Assembly (NCBI GenBank): GCA_963778115.1
Contig: CAVZSV010000004.1
Coordinates: 672,001-736,000, forward strand
DNA length: 64,000 nt
Direction: 5' to 3'
From: an uncultured delta proteobacterium
GTDB taxonomy: Bacteria > Bdellovibrionota > FAC87 > UBA2466
This document shows positions 1-9,854 of the stretch, piece after piece. The notes under the pieces were generated by a model that searched no databases, was not told the DNA's origin, and was given only the letters and a program-made list of their open reading frames with translations. Position numbers and translations under genes: made by a program. Numbering within the stretch: position 1 is the first letter of the stretch; every line of letters begins with the position of its first letter.

Positions 1-442
1 GGAATCGGCCTGCTCGGCATTTTCAAAAAAGATCCGCGTCAGATTAAAACACAAGGTGTGATGGGGATGCCTATCTAAAAAATCGGCCTGCAGTTGCAAC
101 TTATTTACATCGGTAAAAAAATCGTCGCCCTCACAGAGCGCTATATAATCACTCTTTGCTCTAAGTAAGAGATCTCTGAAATTCGCCCCGCCTCCCCAAT
201 TTTTCTCGCGATAAATCGGTTTAATGATTTGGGGGTATTTCGAAGCGAATTCCCTTAGGATGTCTGCGTTTCCATCGGTTGAGCAGTCGTCTCCCACGAT
301 AACGTCAAATGCAAAATCGGTTTTTTGCGTCACTAAGGACTCAAGACACTGCCTAAGGTATTTCTCGTGATTATAGGTAACACACAGAACGGTTACTTTT
401 GGCGTGGGGACCGGCACCCCCTAGCAATAGGATTTTTTCCAT
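1..442 (-). CDS. Glycosyltransferase family 2 (runs off window start; absent from the ORF track)
   Basis: Manual translation of the minus strand from ATG at 442 gives MEKILLLGVPVPTPKVTVLCVTYNHEKYLRQCLESLVTQKTDFAFDVIVGDDCSTDG...DYIALCEGDDFFTDVNKLQLQADFL, which carries the classic GT2 motifs (TYNH, DDCSTDG, xEGDD). Confidence 0.9.
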
Positions 443-475
443 CTATTTTCAAGCCCTACTCTGTGGAGTAGCGGG

Positions 476-2830
476 TTATATGGGTTCGGCACAGTCTAAA
501 GGTAGAATAAACTGAAAATTCGAGCCTTCTCCGAACTTTGACTCCACCCAAATGCGGCCGCCCACCCCTTCTACTATCTTCTTACAGATGGCAAGCCCAA
601 TGCCGGTTCCTGGATATTGCCCCTTGAGGTGGAGCCTTTGAAACATTTGAAACACCCGGTACCGGTACTCTTCGCCAATTCCAATGCCATTATCGCGAAC
701 CGAGAACAGCCATCCTTCGCTCTCTTTTCGAGCGCTAATCTCCACGACTAACTTGCGATTCTTATCGCGGTATTTAATGGCATTGCCGATGAGATTTTGA
801 AAGAGTTGAGTGGCTTCTGCCCTCACCATGCGAAGGGTGGGCATCGCTCCCACATGAATTTCCGCTTGGCTCTCTTTGATCGAAACTTGCAAGTCTTGTA
901 GTACCGGCGTCAAGATGGTTCCCGAATCCATCGGCTCAGGCGACATTCCGGTTCGGCCTACACGAGAATAGTCGAGCAAGTCATTAATGAGAGACCTCAT
1001 TCGTTTAGCCCCGTCCGTCACAAATTCCATAAACTGCAATGTGTCTTTATCCAGGGAACCGGCCAAACGTTTTTCAATGAGCTGGACATAAGAGGAGATC
1101 ATCCGCAAAGGCTCTTGTAGATCGTGAGAAGCCACGTAAGCAAACTGTTCAAGTTCGGAATTTGAACGTGAGAGTTGATGGGAAATTCTTTTACGTTCTA
1201 GCAATTCCTGCTCCACGGTAATCGATTGCCCTGACACCGCAAGCAGAAAACATACGAGCAGTCCGCTCATCATAAGCTCGGAGCATAAGATCATCCAGGG
1301 GCCATAATCTCTTTGCCTGGACCAATACACATCTGTCGGCGCCACCTTCAACCAATAGGTACGGTCCGCAAGTTTTACGGTGGTCTCCCACGTGGACATC
1401 GATGTCGAGTGCCCCTTTTCTTCTATGTTCCGATCCTTTTTTGAAGGAAGCTCGAACTGGCTATAAAGAGGATTTTCATGAGGAGAGGTCTCGTCGTAAA
1501 TCGCTAGTTTCACGTAAGTACCCAAAAGCCCCATCGTGGAGGCCTCAATGACATCGGGCATACGAAAAACCGCTTTGACAAATCCTTTCAGATTTTTTCG
1601 GCGCTCTTCTAAAGTATCGCGCGCACCGTGATAGATCGGAAGAAAGACCAAGATTGCCGAATGGCTGGGAATAATTTGAAGCAATCGCGTGGGAGCTGTC
1701 GCTGTGGGATTTCCCGAATCCCTAGCCTGTTCCATCGCCTTATAGCGAACGGGACTTGAGACGTGATCGAATCCCAATACGTTTTCATTCACTCGGTAGG
1801 GCTCGACGAAATAGGAGGGAAAGTATTCGGGACGATAAGGAGCGTCAATTAGCGTTCCCTCAGCCGAAAGCTCCCGTAAAACGAAAGGCATGCCGTTTTT
1901 TCGTGCAGCTTTTTCAAACTCGGCCCGCTTTTCGTAGGGGACCCTGGGAATCCACGAAAAATCATAAATTCCGGAATAAAGCGACAACCATCTTTTAGCT
2001 GCTCGCCTAAACGCCGCAAGATCACCGAGCGGAGCATCGACCATGACGTTTTCCAACCCGTACAGAGAGTCGAGATAACCTTCAAAATTATTTTGAACCT
2101 GTCGAGCCGCGTTGTCGGCCAACCTCTCAAACTCCGCCGCTATCCCTTTGCGCTCCCACGCCGCCGCCTGAAGAAAAATGACGGTACTTAGAGCTAGCGC
2201 AACACTTAAAGGGAGCGCCACTGAGTACCTTCTTTTCGACCACAAACCGCGGGGTTTGGCAAAGAAGGTAAGTAATATGGGAACGAATACCAAAATCCCT
2301 AAGGAGTCACCGACCCACCAGTTCCACCAGCTATAGAGGTAAGCACTGGGGGAAATAACGTTTAGAAGAAGCAGGCTGGTCACGGAAAGTGTCGAGTTAA
2401 CAAGACTGGATAATAATCCTGCTAGAAGAACGAACCTTAAAATATCCGCAGAACGGACTAGAGCCAATGGTTGGGAAACGTACCGCTTGATAAGCCCGTT
2501 ACCGAGCAGCGCTTGAAGGGCAGCCCCGCACCCAATGGCAGCCGCAAGCGCAACGGCTAGCGCGTACGAGACGCCGGGGACATGAAATGCCGAGGTCCAC
2601 CAGTTAAGGAGAAAGGAGCCCAGCCAAACCCCCACCCAATACTGCCTTCCCCAGAGTAAGAGCGCTGCTAAGCCGATACCCGCCGGAGGAAACACGGGAG
2701 AGGCGTAACCGGGAGGAATGGCCAACATGAGGCTTAGCTTTCCTGTCAAAGCATAGGCGCCCGCAAGTAGGGCGACTCTAACTAGAGTTAGCCCACTTCG
2801 CCTCGACAAGATTTCTCTTCTCTTTTTCAC
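476..2830 (-). CDS. Membrane sensor histidine kinase (MASE1 + CHASE + HisKA + HATPase)
   Basis: N-terminal multi-TM MASE1 region (PPAGIG, WWVGDSLG), CHASE-like region (YVEP...GFD...AMEQARDSG), H-box FAYVASHDLQEPLR, N-box NLIGNAIKY, G boxes DNGIGI and GTGIGLAICKKIVE. Confidence 0.92.
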   Translation of the reverse strand: MKKRREILSRRSGLTLVRVALLAGAYALTGKLSLMLAIPPGYASPVFPPAGIGLAALLLWGRQYWVGVWLGSFLLNWWTSAFHVPGVSYALAVALAAAIGCGAALQALLGNGLIKRYVSQPLALVRSADILRFVLLAGLLSSLVNSTLSVTSLLLLNVISPSAYLYSWWNWWVGDSLGILVFVPILLTFFAKPRGLWSKRRYSVALPLSVALALSTVIFLQAAAWERKGIAAEFERLADNAARQVQNNFEGYLDSLYGLENVMVDAPLGDLAAFRRAAKRWLSLYSGIYDFSWIPRVPYEKRAEFEKAARKNGMPFVLRELSAEGTLIDAPYRPEYFPSYFVEPYRVNENVLGFDHVSSPVRYKAMEQARDSGNPTATAPTRLLQIIPSHSAILVFLPIYHGARDTLEERRKNLKGFVKAVFRMPDVIEASTMGLLGTYVKLAIYDETSPHENPLYSQFELPSKKDRNIEEKGHSTSMSTWETTVKLADRTYWLKVAPTDVYWSRQRDYGPWMILCSELMMSGLLVCFLLAVSGQSITVEQELLERKRISHQLSRSNSELEQFAYVASHDLQEPLRMISSYVQLIEKRLAGSLDKDTLQFMEFVTDGAKRMRSLINDLLDYSRVGRTGMSPEPMDSGTILTPVLQDLQVSIKESQAEIHVGAMPTLRMVRAEATQLFQNLIGNAIKYRDKNRKLVVEISARKESEGWLFSVRDNGIGIGEEYRYRVFQMFQRLHLKGQYPGTGIGLAICKKIVEGVGGRIWVESKFGEGSNFQFILPLDCAEPI

Positions 2831-3032
2831 CTGGTTCTCTGGGTCAATTTACAATAATTTTTTAGGAATAGCTCGGACAAATAGGGCAAGAGCGCAGTCA
2901 AAATAGCATTAGGATTTCGATAACTAACGTTGAGACACCCTCGTCGCTATCTATACCCAGGGTACCCATTTTTCTGTTAAGAACCCATATGATACGCTTG
3001 TTCCCAACCTCAAGGGAGAGACCGCAATGGAA

Positions 3033-3725
3033 ATGAAAAGACAGATCGTAACCATGGGAGGCGGCGGCTTTTCGATGGAGCCGGACAATCCTAAACTTGA
3101 CCATTTTTTCTTCGGTTTATCGAATAAGCCTAAGCCAAAGGTCTGTTTCGTCCCGACCGCTAGTGGAGATTCCCAAGATTATATTGATCGGTTCTACATG
3201 GCGATGAAAGGGCACGAGGTCGAGCCTTCGCACTTGTCGCTATTTAACGGTCCCACGGGCTCACTTAGAGATTTTGTCATGGAAAAAGATGTCATCTACG
3301 TGGGTGGAGGAAATACCAGAAACCTTCTAGTCCTTTGGAAAGAGTGGGAACTCGATAAAATATTTTGGGAGGCGTACCAGAAAGGAGTGGTACTGGGAGG
3401 AATCAGCGCCGGTTCCCTTTGCTGGTACAGCGAAGGAGTAACCGACTCCATCCCCGGAACTCTCTCTGCTCTAAAATGCCTCGGATATTTGAAAGAGAGC
3501 CATTCTCCCCATTATGATGGAGAGACAGAAAGACGACCTTCCTATCAACGACTCCTGGCGCAGGGGATGAAACCGGGATTTGCCTGCGACGATGGAGTGG
3601 CTGGGTACTTCGCGAACGAAGAGCTGGTGGAGTTTGTATCCTCGAGACCTAGCGCTCTAGCCTACCGACTGCACGTTCAAAACTCCAAAGTGATCGAAGA
3701 GCCTATCACTCCCCGTCGTCTTTAA
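3033..3725 (+). CDS. Peptidase E (S51 family, class I glutamine-amidotransferase-like)
   Basis: MGGGGF N-terminus, FVPTASGD, IYVGGGNT, nucleophile GISAG, HSPHYD. The start could be 3027 or 3033. Confidence 0.88.
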   Translation: MKRQIVTMGGGGFSMEPDNPKLDHFFFGLSNKPKPKVCFVPTASGDSQDYIDRFYMAMKGHEVEPSHLSLFNGPTGSLRDFVMEKDVIYVGGGNTRNLLVLWKEWELDKIFWEAYQKGVVLGGISAGSLCWYSEGVTDSIPGTLSALKCLGYLKESHSPHYDGETERRPSYQRLLAQGMKPGFACDDGVAGYFANEELVEFVSSRPSALAYRLHVQNSKVIEEPITPRRL

Positions 3726-5632
3726 GACTGGGGAGGTCTCGCCCCTCCGCCTTTGCGAACTTTGCGAAAGGGAGGGCGAACTCTAGGCTTATCGTGAAAA
3801 GCCCCATGAGGTCTATCGCCTCTGGGCCGGTCGCTATCGAACCCTTCTCGAGCAGGACCGCTCCTAAAGCCTGTGAAACCGTCAGGCCGATCGGTTCTGC
3901 GATAATTCACCACGTCACCCGAAGGACGGGATCGAGGTCGATCCCCTTCAGGCCGCCTAAACGCTGGCCCCGATTTGCGATCGGAAAACGCAGGACGATC
4001 CCCTTCGGAACGGCGAAACGGGGGTCTGCGATCACCGAAGGAGGGACGATCCCCCTCGGGGCGACGAAAAGCAGGTTTGCGATCGCTAAAGGCGGGTCGA
4101 TCTCCCTCTGGCCGACGAAAACGGGGCTTGCGATCTCCAAAGTTCGCTCGTTCTGCTTCAGGGCGACGAAATGGAGCTTTACGATCACCAAACGCCGGTC
4201 GGTCCCCCTCAGGTCGCCGGAAGCGGGGTTTGAGATCATCAAAAAGGGGTCGATCGCCGCCAGGACGACGAAAACGCGGTTTACGATCGGAAAAATCAGC
4301 ACGGCCCTCCGCTTCGGGACGACGAAAGGAAGTCTTCCCCTCGAACCTGGGACGCTCCGTCCTTGGCCCTTTCGAGAAGGGGCGATCCCCTTGCGGTCTA
4401 GGTCTATTCTCAAAGGGTTTTGCTTTATCAGAAAATTTTCTGAATCCCTCTGCCGATTTTTTCTGAAAGGAAAATTTCTTACTTTCAGCTTTCGCTCCGG
4501 TGGGTTTCCCTAAGCGTGCCGCCACATAGGGTGGCAAAGGTTTTGTCTTTTTGGGCGGCGTTACAGTGATAATATTCTTACCGTCATTATCGTGGGGAGT
4601 GATGTAGTTCATCGCAATACCGGTCTTGCCATTTCGAGCGGTGCGGCCGATGCGATGGATATAATCTTCACGGCTGTCGGGAAGATCAAAATTGATCACA
4701 CACTCGATATCATCGACGTCGATTCCGCGACCCGCGATGTCGGTAGCCACCATGATCATTTGAGTTCCGGTTCGAAATCCAGAAAGCGCTTCTTTGCGCT
4801 GACCCTGCGTTCGTCCACCGTGAAGACTGACGACACTAAAACCATGCTTTTCTAGGAGCGCGAAAACTTTGTCGGTACGCCGTTTCGTCCGAGCGAAGAT
4901 AAGAACCCTTCCTTTAATCTCTTTCAGATGTTGAGTGAGCAGCTCGTTCTTCTTCGCATCGGTAACCGAATGGTTCTCCTGCCTCACTTTATCAATGGGC
5001 TGTGACGTTGCTCCGATGCTGACACGGACCGGGTTTTGTAAGTACTGCTCTGCCACCGCCAAAATTTCTTTGGGTAAGGTCGCTGAGAAAAATAAGGTCT
5101 GACGCTCTTTTGGAATATGCGGAACAATTTGAGCAAGCTGGGGAGCAAATCCCATATCAAGCATGCGATCGACCTCATCGAGGACCAGCACACTGACTTT
5201 GACGAGTTTAAGTCCGGCTTCCAAATGATCGATGAGACGGCCCGGGGTGCACACATAATAATCGGCTCCGGCTTTGATCTCCTGTTTTTGACGGTAAAAA
5301 GATTCTCCTCCGACAACCAACGCGCCTTTGAGCTTCATGCCGGCACTCATTTCTCGGAGCACCTTATGAATCTGAGCGGCCAATTCCCGGGTAGGGGCCA
5401 ATATCAAAGCTCGAGATCCGGGGCTAGGATAAAGCTTTGCCAGGAGCGGGATGCCGAACGCTCCCGTCTTACCCGTCCCAGTCTGTGCTGAGCCCAAAAT
5501 ATCTTTTCCTTCCAACGCCGGAGGAAGGCTTGCGGCCTGAACCGGTGTTGGGGTGATGAAGTTCATTTGCTCTAGAGCAGCATGTAAGGGGGCCGGTAAC
5601 TGTAGCTCTTTAAAGGTGGTAAACGTTTTCAA
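3722..5632 (-). CDS. DEAD-box RNA helicase with repetitive Arg-rich C-terminal tail
   Basis: Q motif (PTPVQ), AQTGTGKT, PTRELA, TPGR, DEVD, SAT, GRGID, HRIGRTAR. Confidence 0.95.
   Translation of the reverse strand: MKTFTTFKELQLPAPLHAALEQMNFITPTPVQAASLPPALEGKDILGSAQTGTGKTGAFGIPLLAKLYPSPGSRALILAPTRELAAQIHKVLREMSAGMKLKGALVVGGESFYRQKQEIKAGADYYVCTPGRLIDHLEAGLKLVKVSVLVLDEVDRMLDMGFAPQLAQIVPHIPKERQTLFFSATLPKEILAVAEQYLQNPVRVSIGATSQPIDKVRQENHSVTDAKKNELLTQHLKEIKGRVLIFARTKRRTDKVFALLEKHGFSVVSLHGGRTQGQRKEALSGFRTGTQMIMVATDIAGRGIDVDDIECVINFDLPDSREDYIHRIGRTARNGKTGIAMNYITPHDNDGKNIITVTPPKKTKPLPPYVAARLGKPTGAKAESKKFSFQKKSAEGFRKFSDKAKPFENRPRPQGDRPFSKGPRTERPRFEGKTSFRRPEAEGRADFSDRKPRFRRPGGDRPLFDDLKPRFRRPEGDRPAFGDRKAPFRRPEAERANFGDRKPRFRRPEGDRPAFSDRKPAFRRPEGDRPSFGDRRPPFRRSEGDRPAFSDRKSGPAFRRPEGDRPRSRPSGDVVNYRRTDRPDGFTGFRSGPAREGFDSDRPRGDRPHGAFHDKPRVRPPFRKVRKGGGARPPQS
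3931..4327 (-). repeat. About 8 tandem 51-bp-scale coding repeats (FRRPEGDRPxFxDRKP) in the helicase tail
   Basis: The 17-19 aa unit can be read directly in the translation. Confidence 0.85.
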
Positions 5633-5699
5633 AGGACCTTTCCGTCGACTTAACTACTTGATCTAAATTGGATTTGACGCCGTTGTGTTTTTTTCATTC

Positions 5700-5732
5700 T
5701 TTGACCACCCTGGCTACGGCCAGGCGGTCAAA
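5700..5732 (-). promoter_or_regulatory. Stable hairpin in the probable 5' UTR of the DEAD-box helicase
   Basis: tttgaccaccctggc-tacg-gccaggcggtcaaa inverted repeat about 70 nt upstream of the helicase start, between divergent genes. Confidence 0.4.
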
Positions 5733-5806
5733 GGTAAGGTGCCCCCTTTTACCATTTTTGGCCGGCAAAGCGATGATATTTTGGAAATTCCTCAGAACAC
5801 GTTAGT

Positions 5807-6022
5807 ATGACCGGCGTGAATCCCAATGCTTTACTTAAACTCATCGAAACCAAAATGCCTTTCGGCAAATATCTCGGAAGCTCCATCATAGATCTGCCCG
5901 AACCCTATCTGGTTTGGTTTGCCAAAAAAGGATTTCCCGAAGGAGAGTTGGGAGATCTATTGCGCGCGGCTTATGAAATAAAACTCAATGGGCTTGAGTA
6001 CCTACTTAAGCCGTTAAGATAG
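5807..6022 (+). CDS. DUF3820 family (YpeB-like) small protein
   Basis: MPFGKY.G..IIDLPEPYLVWFAKKGFPEGELG...YEIKLNGLEYLLKPLR signature. Confidence 0.85.
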   Translation: MTGVNPNALLKLIETKMPFGKYLGSSIIDLPEPYLVWFAKKGFPEGELGDLLRAAYEIKLNGLEYLLKPLR

Positions 6023-6091
6023 TTCATCTCATCAATTGACACCATGCGGCATCATGGCGTAAGAATCGGAATATTCAGGGAGATCTCTCTA

Positions 6092-7663
6092 ATGAGTCGA
6101 ACTCGGAATTTCGTAAGCCTTTTGCTTTTAGCCTTTATCTTTAGCGCCTCCCATACGTTCGGCTACGTTTTGTTGTCTGAAACGTCCGGCACGAGATCGT
6201 TACTCTGGGAGGAAAATTCAAAAGTTAATTTTCAATCCTGTGGGACACTTGCTCTGACCATAAACGACCTAGAAAAAGTTCCACTGCCTCAGCTTTTGAG
6301 CGACTGCAAAAGAGTGTCGCAAAGACAAAGCTACTCCGTGCCCGAAGGGGAATATCGGCTTTCCGTCCAATCTCTCTTTGCCACGCCCCCGTCTTACCAA
6401 GGGGTCAACGCTCTAGCCGATCTAGCGATTCGTGTTGTCCAAGAGCAAAGAGATCATACGAATCAGCCCGAGTCGAATGAGCTTTTTGAAAAATTAAGAA
6501 ATATAGAAGAATGGATCTTTGAAAAATTTGGCCCATCCTCGCATCGAGTGATTACTAATGAAAACGAAAGAGCATTGCTTCTTCTGCTCTATGAAGCTTT
6601 TCTTCCGGTCGTTTACGACGGAAAGCAATTTTGGCTAATTTCAAACCCTATCCGCGATGCGACCCAAACGCTCGATAATAGTTGTCCCTCAGGATGGCAA
6701 CTGGCATCACTCGATATGATTTTGAATGCTTACTCCATCGAATTTTTAACACTTTGGTACACGAGTCGCCCTTCTGCATCGGGGAGCAATAATCCACTGA
6801 TTACCTGGTACCGATGGACGGAAACCATTAAAGAGCCCACCGCGGTTGGCTACGCCACCAAGGAAGAGGCTATGCTCTTGAAGTTAAGTCGCGAACGAGT
6901 GCTGGCCCAACTCAATGGCTCAATGGAGAGGAAAAAAATTCCTCGTTCCAATTCGATAGGATCTCTTAAAGACTTGGTTCCTGGCCTGAACTCTTTCGTT
7001 TTCGTGGATAGGTCGGCTCTTCGCCAATACCCATATCGCGGCTTATGCACACGAACTTACTTCCCCGCGCAATTAACCTTACCTCCGGCAATAACGGGAA
7101 AATCGCTGGAAGCATTTGCTGCCCAGTGGAAAATGAGTCCTGACACTCTTTTTCGCCGATTGGCCCCTTACTCCGAACTCCAACCGCAATTGGTAAATCA
7201 CCTTTATTGGAAAACTCCTATTTCACAGCAAGAAGAGAGTGAGCTCAGCGCAAAAATTAACGGCCTCTTGGGTTATGAATTAGCAACGATAGAGCAGGCG
7301 CGTGAAAACAGACGTATCATCGACGAAATGGTGGCAATGATAGCACGCAATGACCAAGAGCGTGTAGCCAGAGAGCAGAGGGAGGAGGCGGATAGGTTGG
7401 CCGAGGAAAAGGCGAAAGCAGAAGCGAATAGGCGGCAAGCGGCCCTAGAACGCCAACAGAAACTAGTCGCAGAAAAAGCGGCTAAAGCGAAAGAGGCCAG
7501 AGAAAAGATCGTGGAGCAAGCGCAGACAGCGCTTAATGAAAAAGCGGATGCACTTTATGAAGCGCTGAAATACGGCGCCACCCAGGAAAGAATCCGATTT
7601 CTTCTTTATCAAATGGATATGGCAAAGTTCCAACTTGAACAGGTCCGAGCGCAATACCAATAG
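6092..7663 (+). CDS. Secreted hypothetical protein with possible C-type-lectin-like (Lcl/DUF1566-like) segment and C-terminal coiled coil
   Basis: Signal peptide after the ATG at 6092 (RBS gggag), CPSGWQLAS...RGLCTR motif pair, and an E/K/A/R-rich helical C-terminus. Confidence 0.55.
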   Translation: MSRTRNFVSLLLLAFIFSASHTFGYVLLSETSGTRSLLWEENSKVNFQSCGTLALTINDLEKVPLPQLLSDCKRVSQRQSYSVPEGEYRLSVQSLFATPPSYQGVNALADLAIRVVQEQRDHTNQPESNELFEKLRNIEEWIFEKFGPSSHRVITNENERALLLLLYEAFLPVVYDGKQFWLISNPIRDATQTLDNSCPSGWQLASLDMILNAYSIEFLTLWYTSRPSASGSNNPLITWYRWTETIKEPTAVGYATKEEAMLLKLSRERVLAQLNGSMERKKIPRSNSIGSLKDLVPGLNSFVFVDRSALRQYPYRGLCTRTYFPAQLTLPPAITGKSLEAFAAQWKMSPDTLFRRLAPYSELQPQLVNHLYWKTPISQQEESELSAKINGLLGYELATIEQARENRRIIDEMVAMIARNDQERVAREQREEADRLAEEKAKAEANRRQAALERQQKLVAEKAAKAKEAREKIVEQAQTALNEKADALYEALKYGATQERIRFLLYQMDMAKFQLEQVRAQYQ

Positions 7664-7694
7664 TCTTTCCCAGGTGGCGATAAAGAGAATCAGA

Positions 7695-7898
7695 TCAGGA
7701 CTTCGTGCAACACTTGCACTTGCCGGCGGCAAGTTTTTTCAATCCGGCTAAGATCACAAAACAGGGCCAGATGATACTTACCAAATGATCGCTAATCACA
7801 CCCAGAGCGCCTAAGAGAAACGTCAGACCAAACAAAATAACAAAAATTCCCATCATCATATGACAGGGACACCCGCACTTGTGCTGTTCATCGGCCAT
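7695..7898 (-). CDS. Small two-TM membrane protein with Cys/His-rich termini
   Basis: Good RBS (aggag); HKCGCPCH-TM-TM-CKCC architecture. Confidence 0.7.
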   Translation of the reverse strand: MADEQHKCGCPCHMMMGIFVILFGLTFLLGALGVISDHLVSIIWPCFVILAGLKKLAAGKCKCCTKS

Positions 7899-7974
7899 GA
7901 CTGGCTCCTTGGTTAGGGTTTGGAGTCGTTATCGTCTATTATGACACAAATACGGGGATAAAGTTATTCCAAGA

Positions 7975-9771
7975 CTACTTCACGGTGACAAGCCTTCCTA
8001 CGGAAGGAGCTCCCCCGTCGCCTATGAGATACAAGAAGTAGTTTCCCTCAGGAGCACGGCTAGAGTTCGCCGGAGCCTTCACTTTCAATATTCCTTGCGA
8101 GTCGCTAACGACCTCAAGAGGAACGTAACGTTGGTTTTGATCAAAAGAATGAGTTTCTGAGCCCAGTGCCATCAAAGCGATAGGACGCCCTTGGCGAAGT
8201 GCCGATCCTTGATACCGCACCTCGAAAGTTCCGCCGTACTCTACGCTCTCCGGCACACTTTGAACGTGAGGGCGTGCCCCCTGAAAGAGGTAGGGAGGAT
8301 TAAAGATACGCACGTCGGGACGTTCGCAGCCAACCTGCCCCAAGCCCACCATTCCTCCGCCCAGCATGATTCGTCCATCAGCAAGTAACAGCGAGAAGCT
8401 GTGATAACCGCGCTCCTGCGGATTGGCATCGGGCCAAGCCGCCAGCGTCGTCAGAGTGTCAGAATAGGGATCGTAAATCTGCGGCTGTCTGCGATCTCCT
8501 AAGACATTGGGATCTTCTTTAGGCTGTTTGTCATTACCAGGCTCTCCGTTAATGATCAAAACGGTGCCGTCAGGAAGCAAAGTCGTTGCCGGATTGTGAC
8601 GGGTGATTCCTGTGTCTTTAGATCTCCACTGATGGGTGTAGGGATTATAGAGATCGATCCTTTGCGCTTCCGCTTTCGGGTTACCCCCTCCCCCCATGAC
8701 TAAGATCTCCCCAGTTCCTACCAATGCCGAACTAGAGTCCCAAGCCATCCCGTCGCCCGGACGGCCTGTGTTTGTCGTCGGGATAAAAAGACGATCTTTA
8801 TCTGAAGCTTTGGGATCGAGAGTTAACAAAGCTACTTTCCCTGGATATCCCATGAGTAAGATCTCTCGAGCGATTCCGTTTCCCCCTTGCGCCGGTACGG
8901 GAGACGGCAAGACAAACGAATGCGTATAGTCTTTGATCCCAGGATCGTAAACGTTGGGCGCATTTTCGTGACGTAACAGAGTCTTCCAAGGGTTTTGGTT
9001 TGTCACCATGAGTTCGGGATCAAAAATTTCCAGATCGCGATTAAAACAAGAACCATCCGCGCAGTTTCTATCAAAGCCCGCGGCAACTAGAATCTTTCCT
9101 CCAGGAAGCCTTGTTTGCGTCGGATACCACATCATCCCGTCTTCATACCACTCCATTTCGACCTTCTTTTTCGGCCCTCCTTGGGGAGCAAATTCATATC
9201 GAGAAAAACTTTGCGTCTTAGGATCGAAGACGCGAAAATAATTCAATCCGTATTCCTGTTCGTCGTTTGCATCCCCCAGTTTCTTTTTATCACCCAAATA
9301 ATCGTAGCGGGCCCCCCCGGTAAATAGGACTCGACCGTCTTTCAAGGGAGTATGGCCGGAGCAGTAAAGGACGTCTTCGGTGCCGGGACGAAATGCTTCG
9401 GGAATGGGTTGAATTTGATAAGTGGTTCGAACGTTACCAGTGAAATCCTTGGGATCTAAAATATAACTCTCGCCGTTTTGGCGCGTACGATGAAGCCGAC
9501 AATTACCGCGATCGTAGCGGCCCCATCCATTAATAAGTACTTTGCCCGAAGTAAGAAGGTTTGCGTGAATGGCGGTGACCCACCAGCCGTCTTGAGGTTT
9601 CGGGCGATTTGGTTTTCCGGAAAAGTGATTACTGGAATCTTTCAGCAACACCACAGGTTCCCAACTTCCTTCGACCTCCTGAATATTTGGGGGGTGGGTA
9701 TCGGCACTGCACTGAACGATCGTAACGAGGAAAATGAGCGAACGAAGTGGTACTGGTACTAGTCGTTTCAA
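7975..9771 (-). CDS. Copper-radical oxidase, galactose/glyoxal oxidase family (AA5), with C-terminal DUF1929 domain
   Basis: LYCSGH (Cys), MWYPT (Tyr), RGYHS (Tyr-His) and ETHSFDQNQR (His) motifs, kelch-type repeats and an N-terminal export signal. Confidence 0.88.
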   Translation of the reverse strand: MKRLVPVPLRSLIFLVTIVQCSADTHPPNIQEVEGSWEPVVLLKDSSNHFSGKPNRPKPQDGWWVTAIHANLLTSGKVLINGWGRYDRGNCRLHRTRQNGESYILDPKDFTGNVRTTYQIQPIPEAFRPGTEDVLYCSGHTPLKDGRVLFTGGARYDYLGDKKKLGDANDEQEYGLNYFRVFDPKTQSFSRYEFAPQGGPKKKVEMEWYEDGMMWYPTQTRLPGGKILVAAGFDRNCADGSCFNRDLEIFDPELMVTNQNPWKTLLRHENAPNVYDPGIKDYTHSFVLPSPVPAQGGNGIAREILLMGYPGKVALLTLDPKASDKDRLFIPTTNTGRPGDGMAWDSSSALVGTGEILVMGGGGNPKAEAQRIDLYNPYTHQWRSKDTGITRHNPATTLLPDGTVLIINGEPGNDKQPKEDPNVLGDRRQPQIYDPYSDTLTTLAAWPDANPQERGYHSFSLLLADGRIMLGGGMVGLGQVGCERPDVRIFNPPYLFQGARPHVQSVPESVEYGGTFEVRYQGSALRQGRPIALMALGSETHSFDQNQRYVPLEVVSDSQGILKVKAPANSSRAPEGNYFLYLIGDGGAPSVGRLVTVK

Positions 9772-9854
9772 GCTGCCCTCCTGAAATCTCTTTACGCGGA
9801 ACCTAAATTAACATGTCGCGTAATTCAAGGACCCTTTCCGTCAAGGCATGGCCT

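Noticed and set aside
2898..2925. Possible fourth sigma28 site (TCAAA...TTCGATAA) upstream of peptidase E
   Set aside because: The spacing does not match the other three and the -10 box is weaker.
3794..4513. Overlapping ORFs 3794..4513, 3907..4413 and 3975..4466
   Set aside because: Shadow frames of the stop-poor helicase tail repeats.
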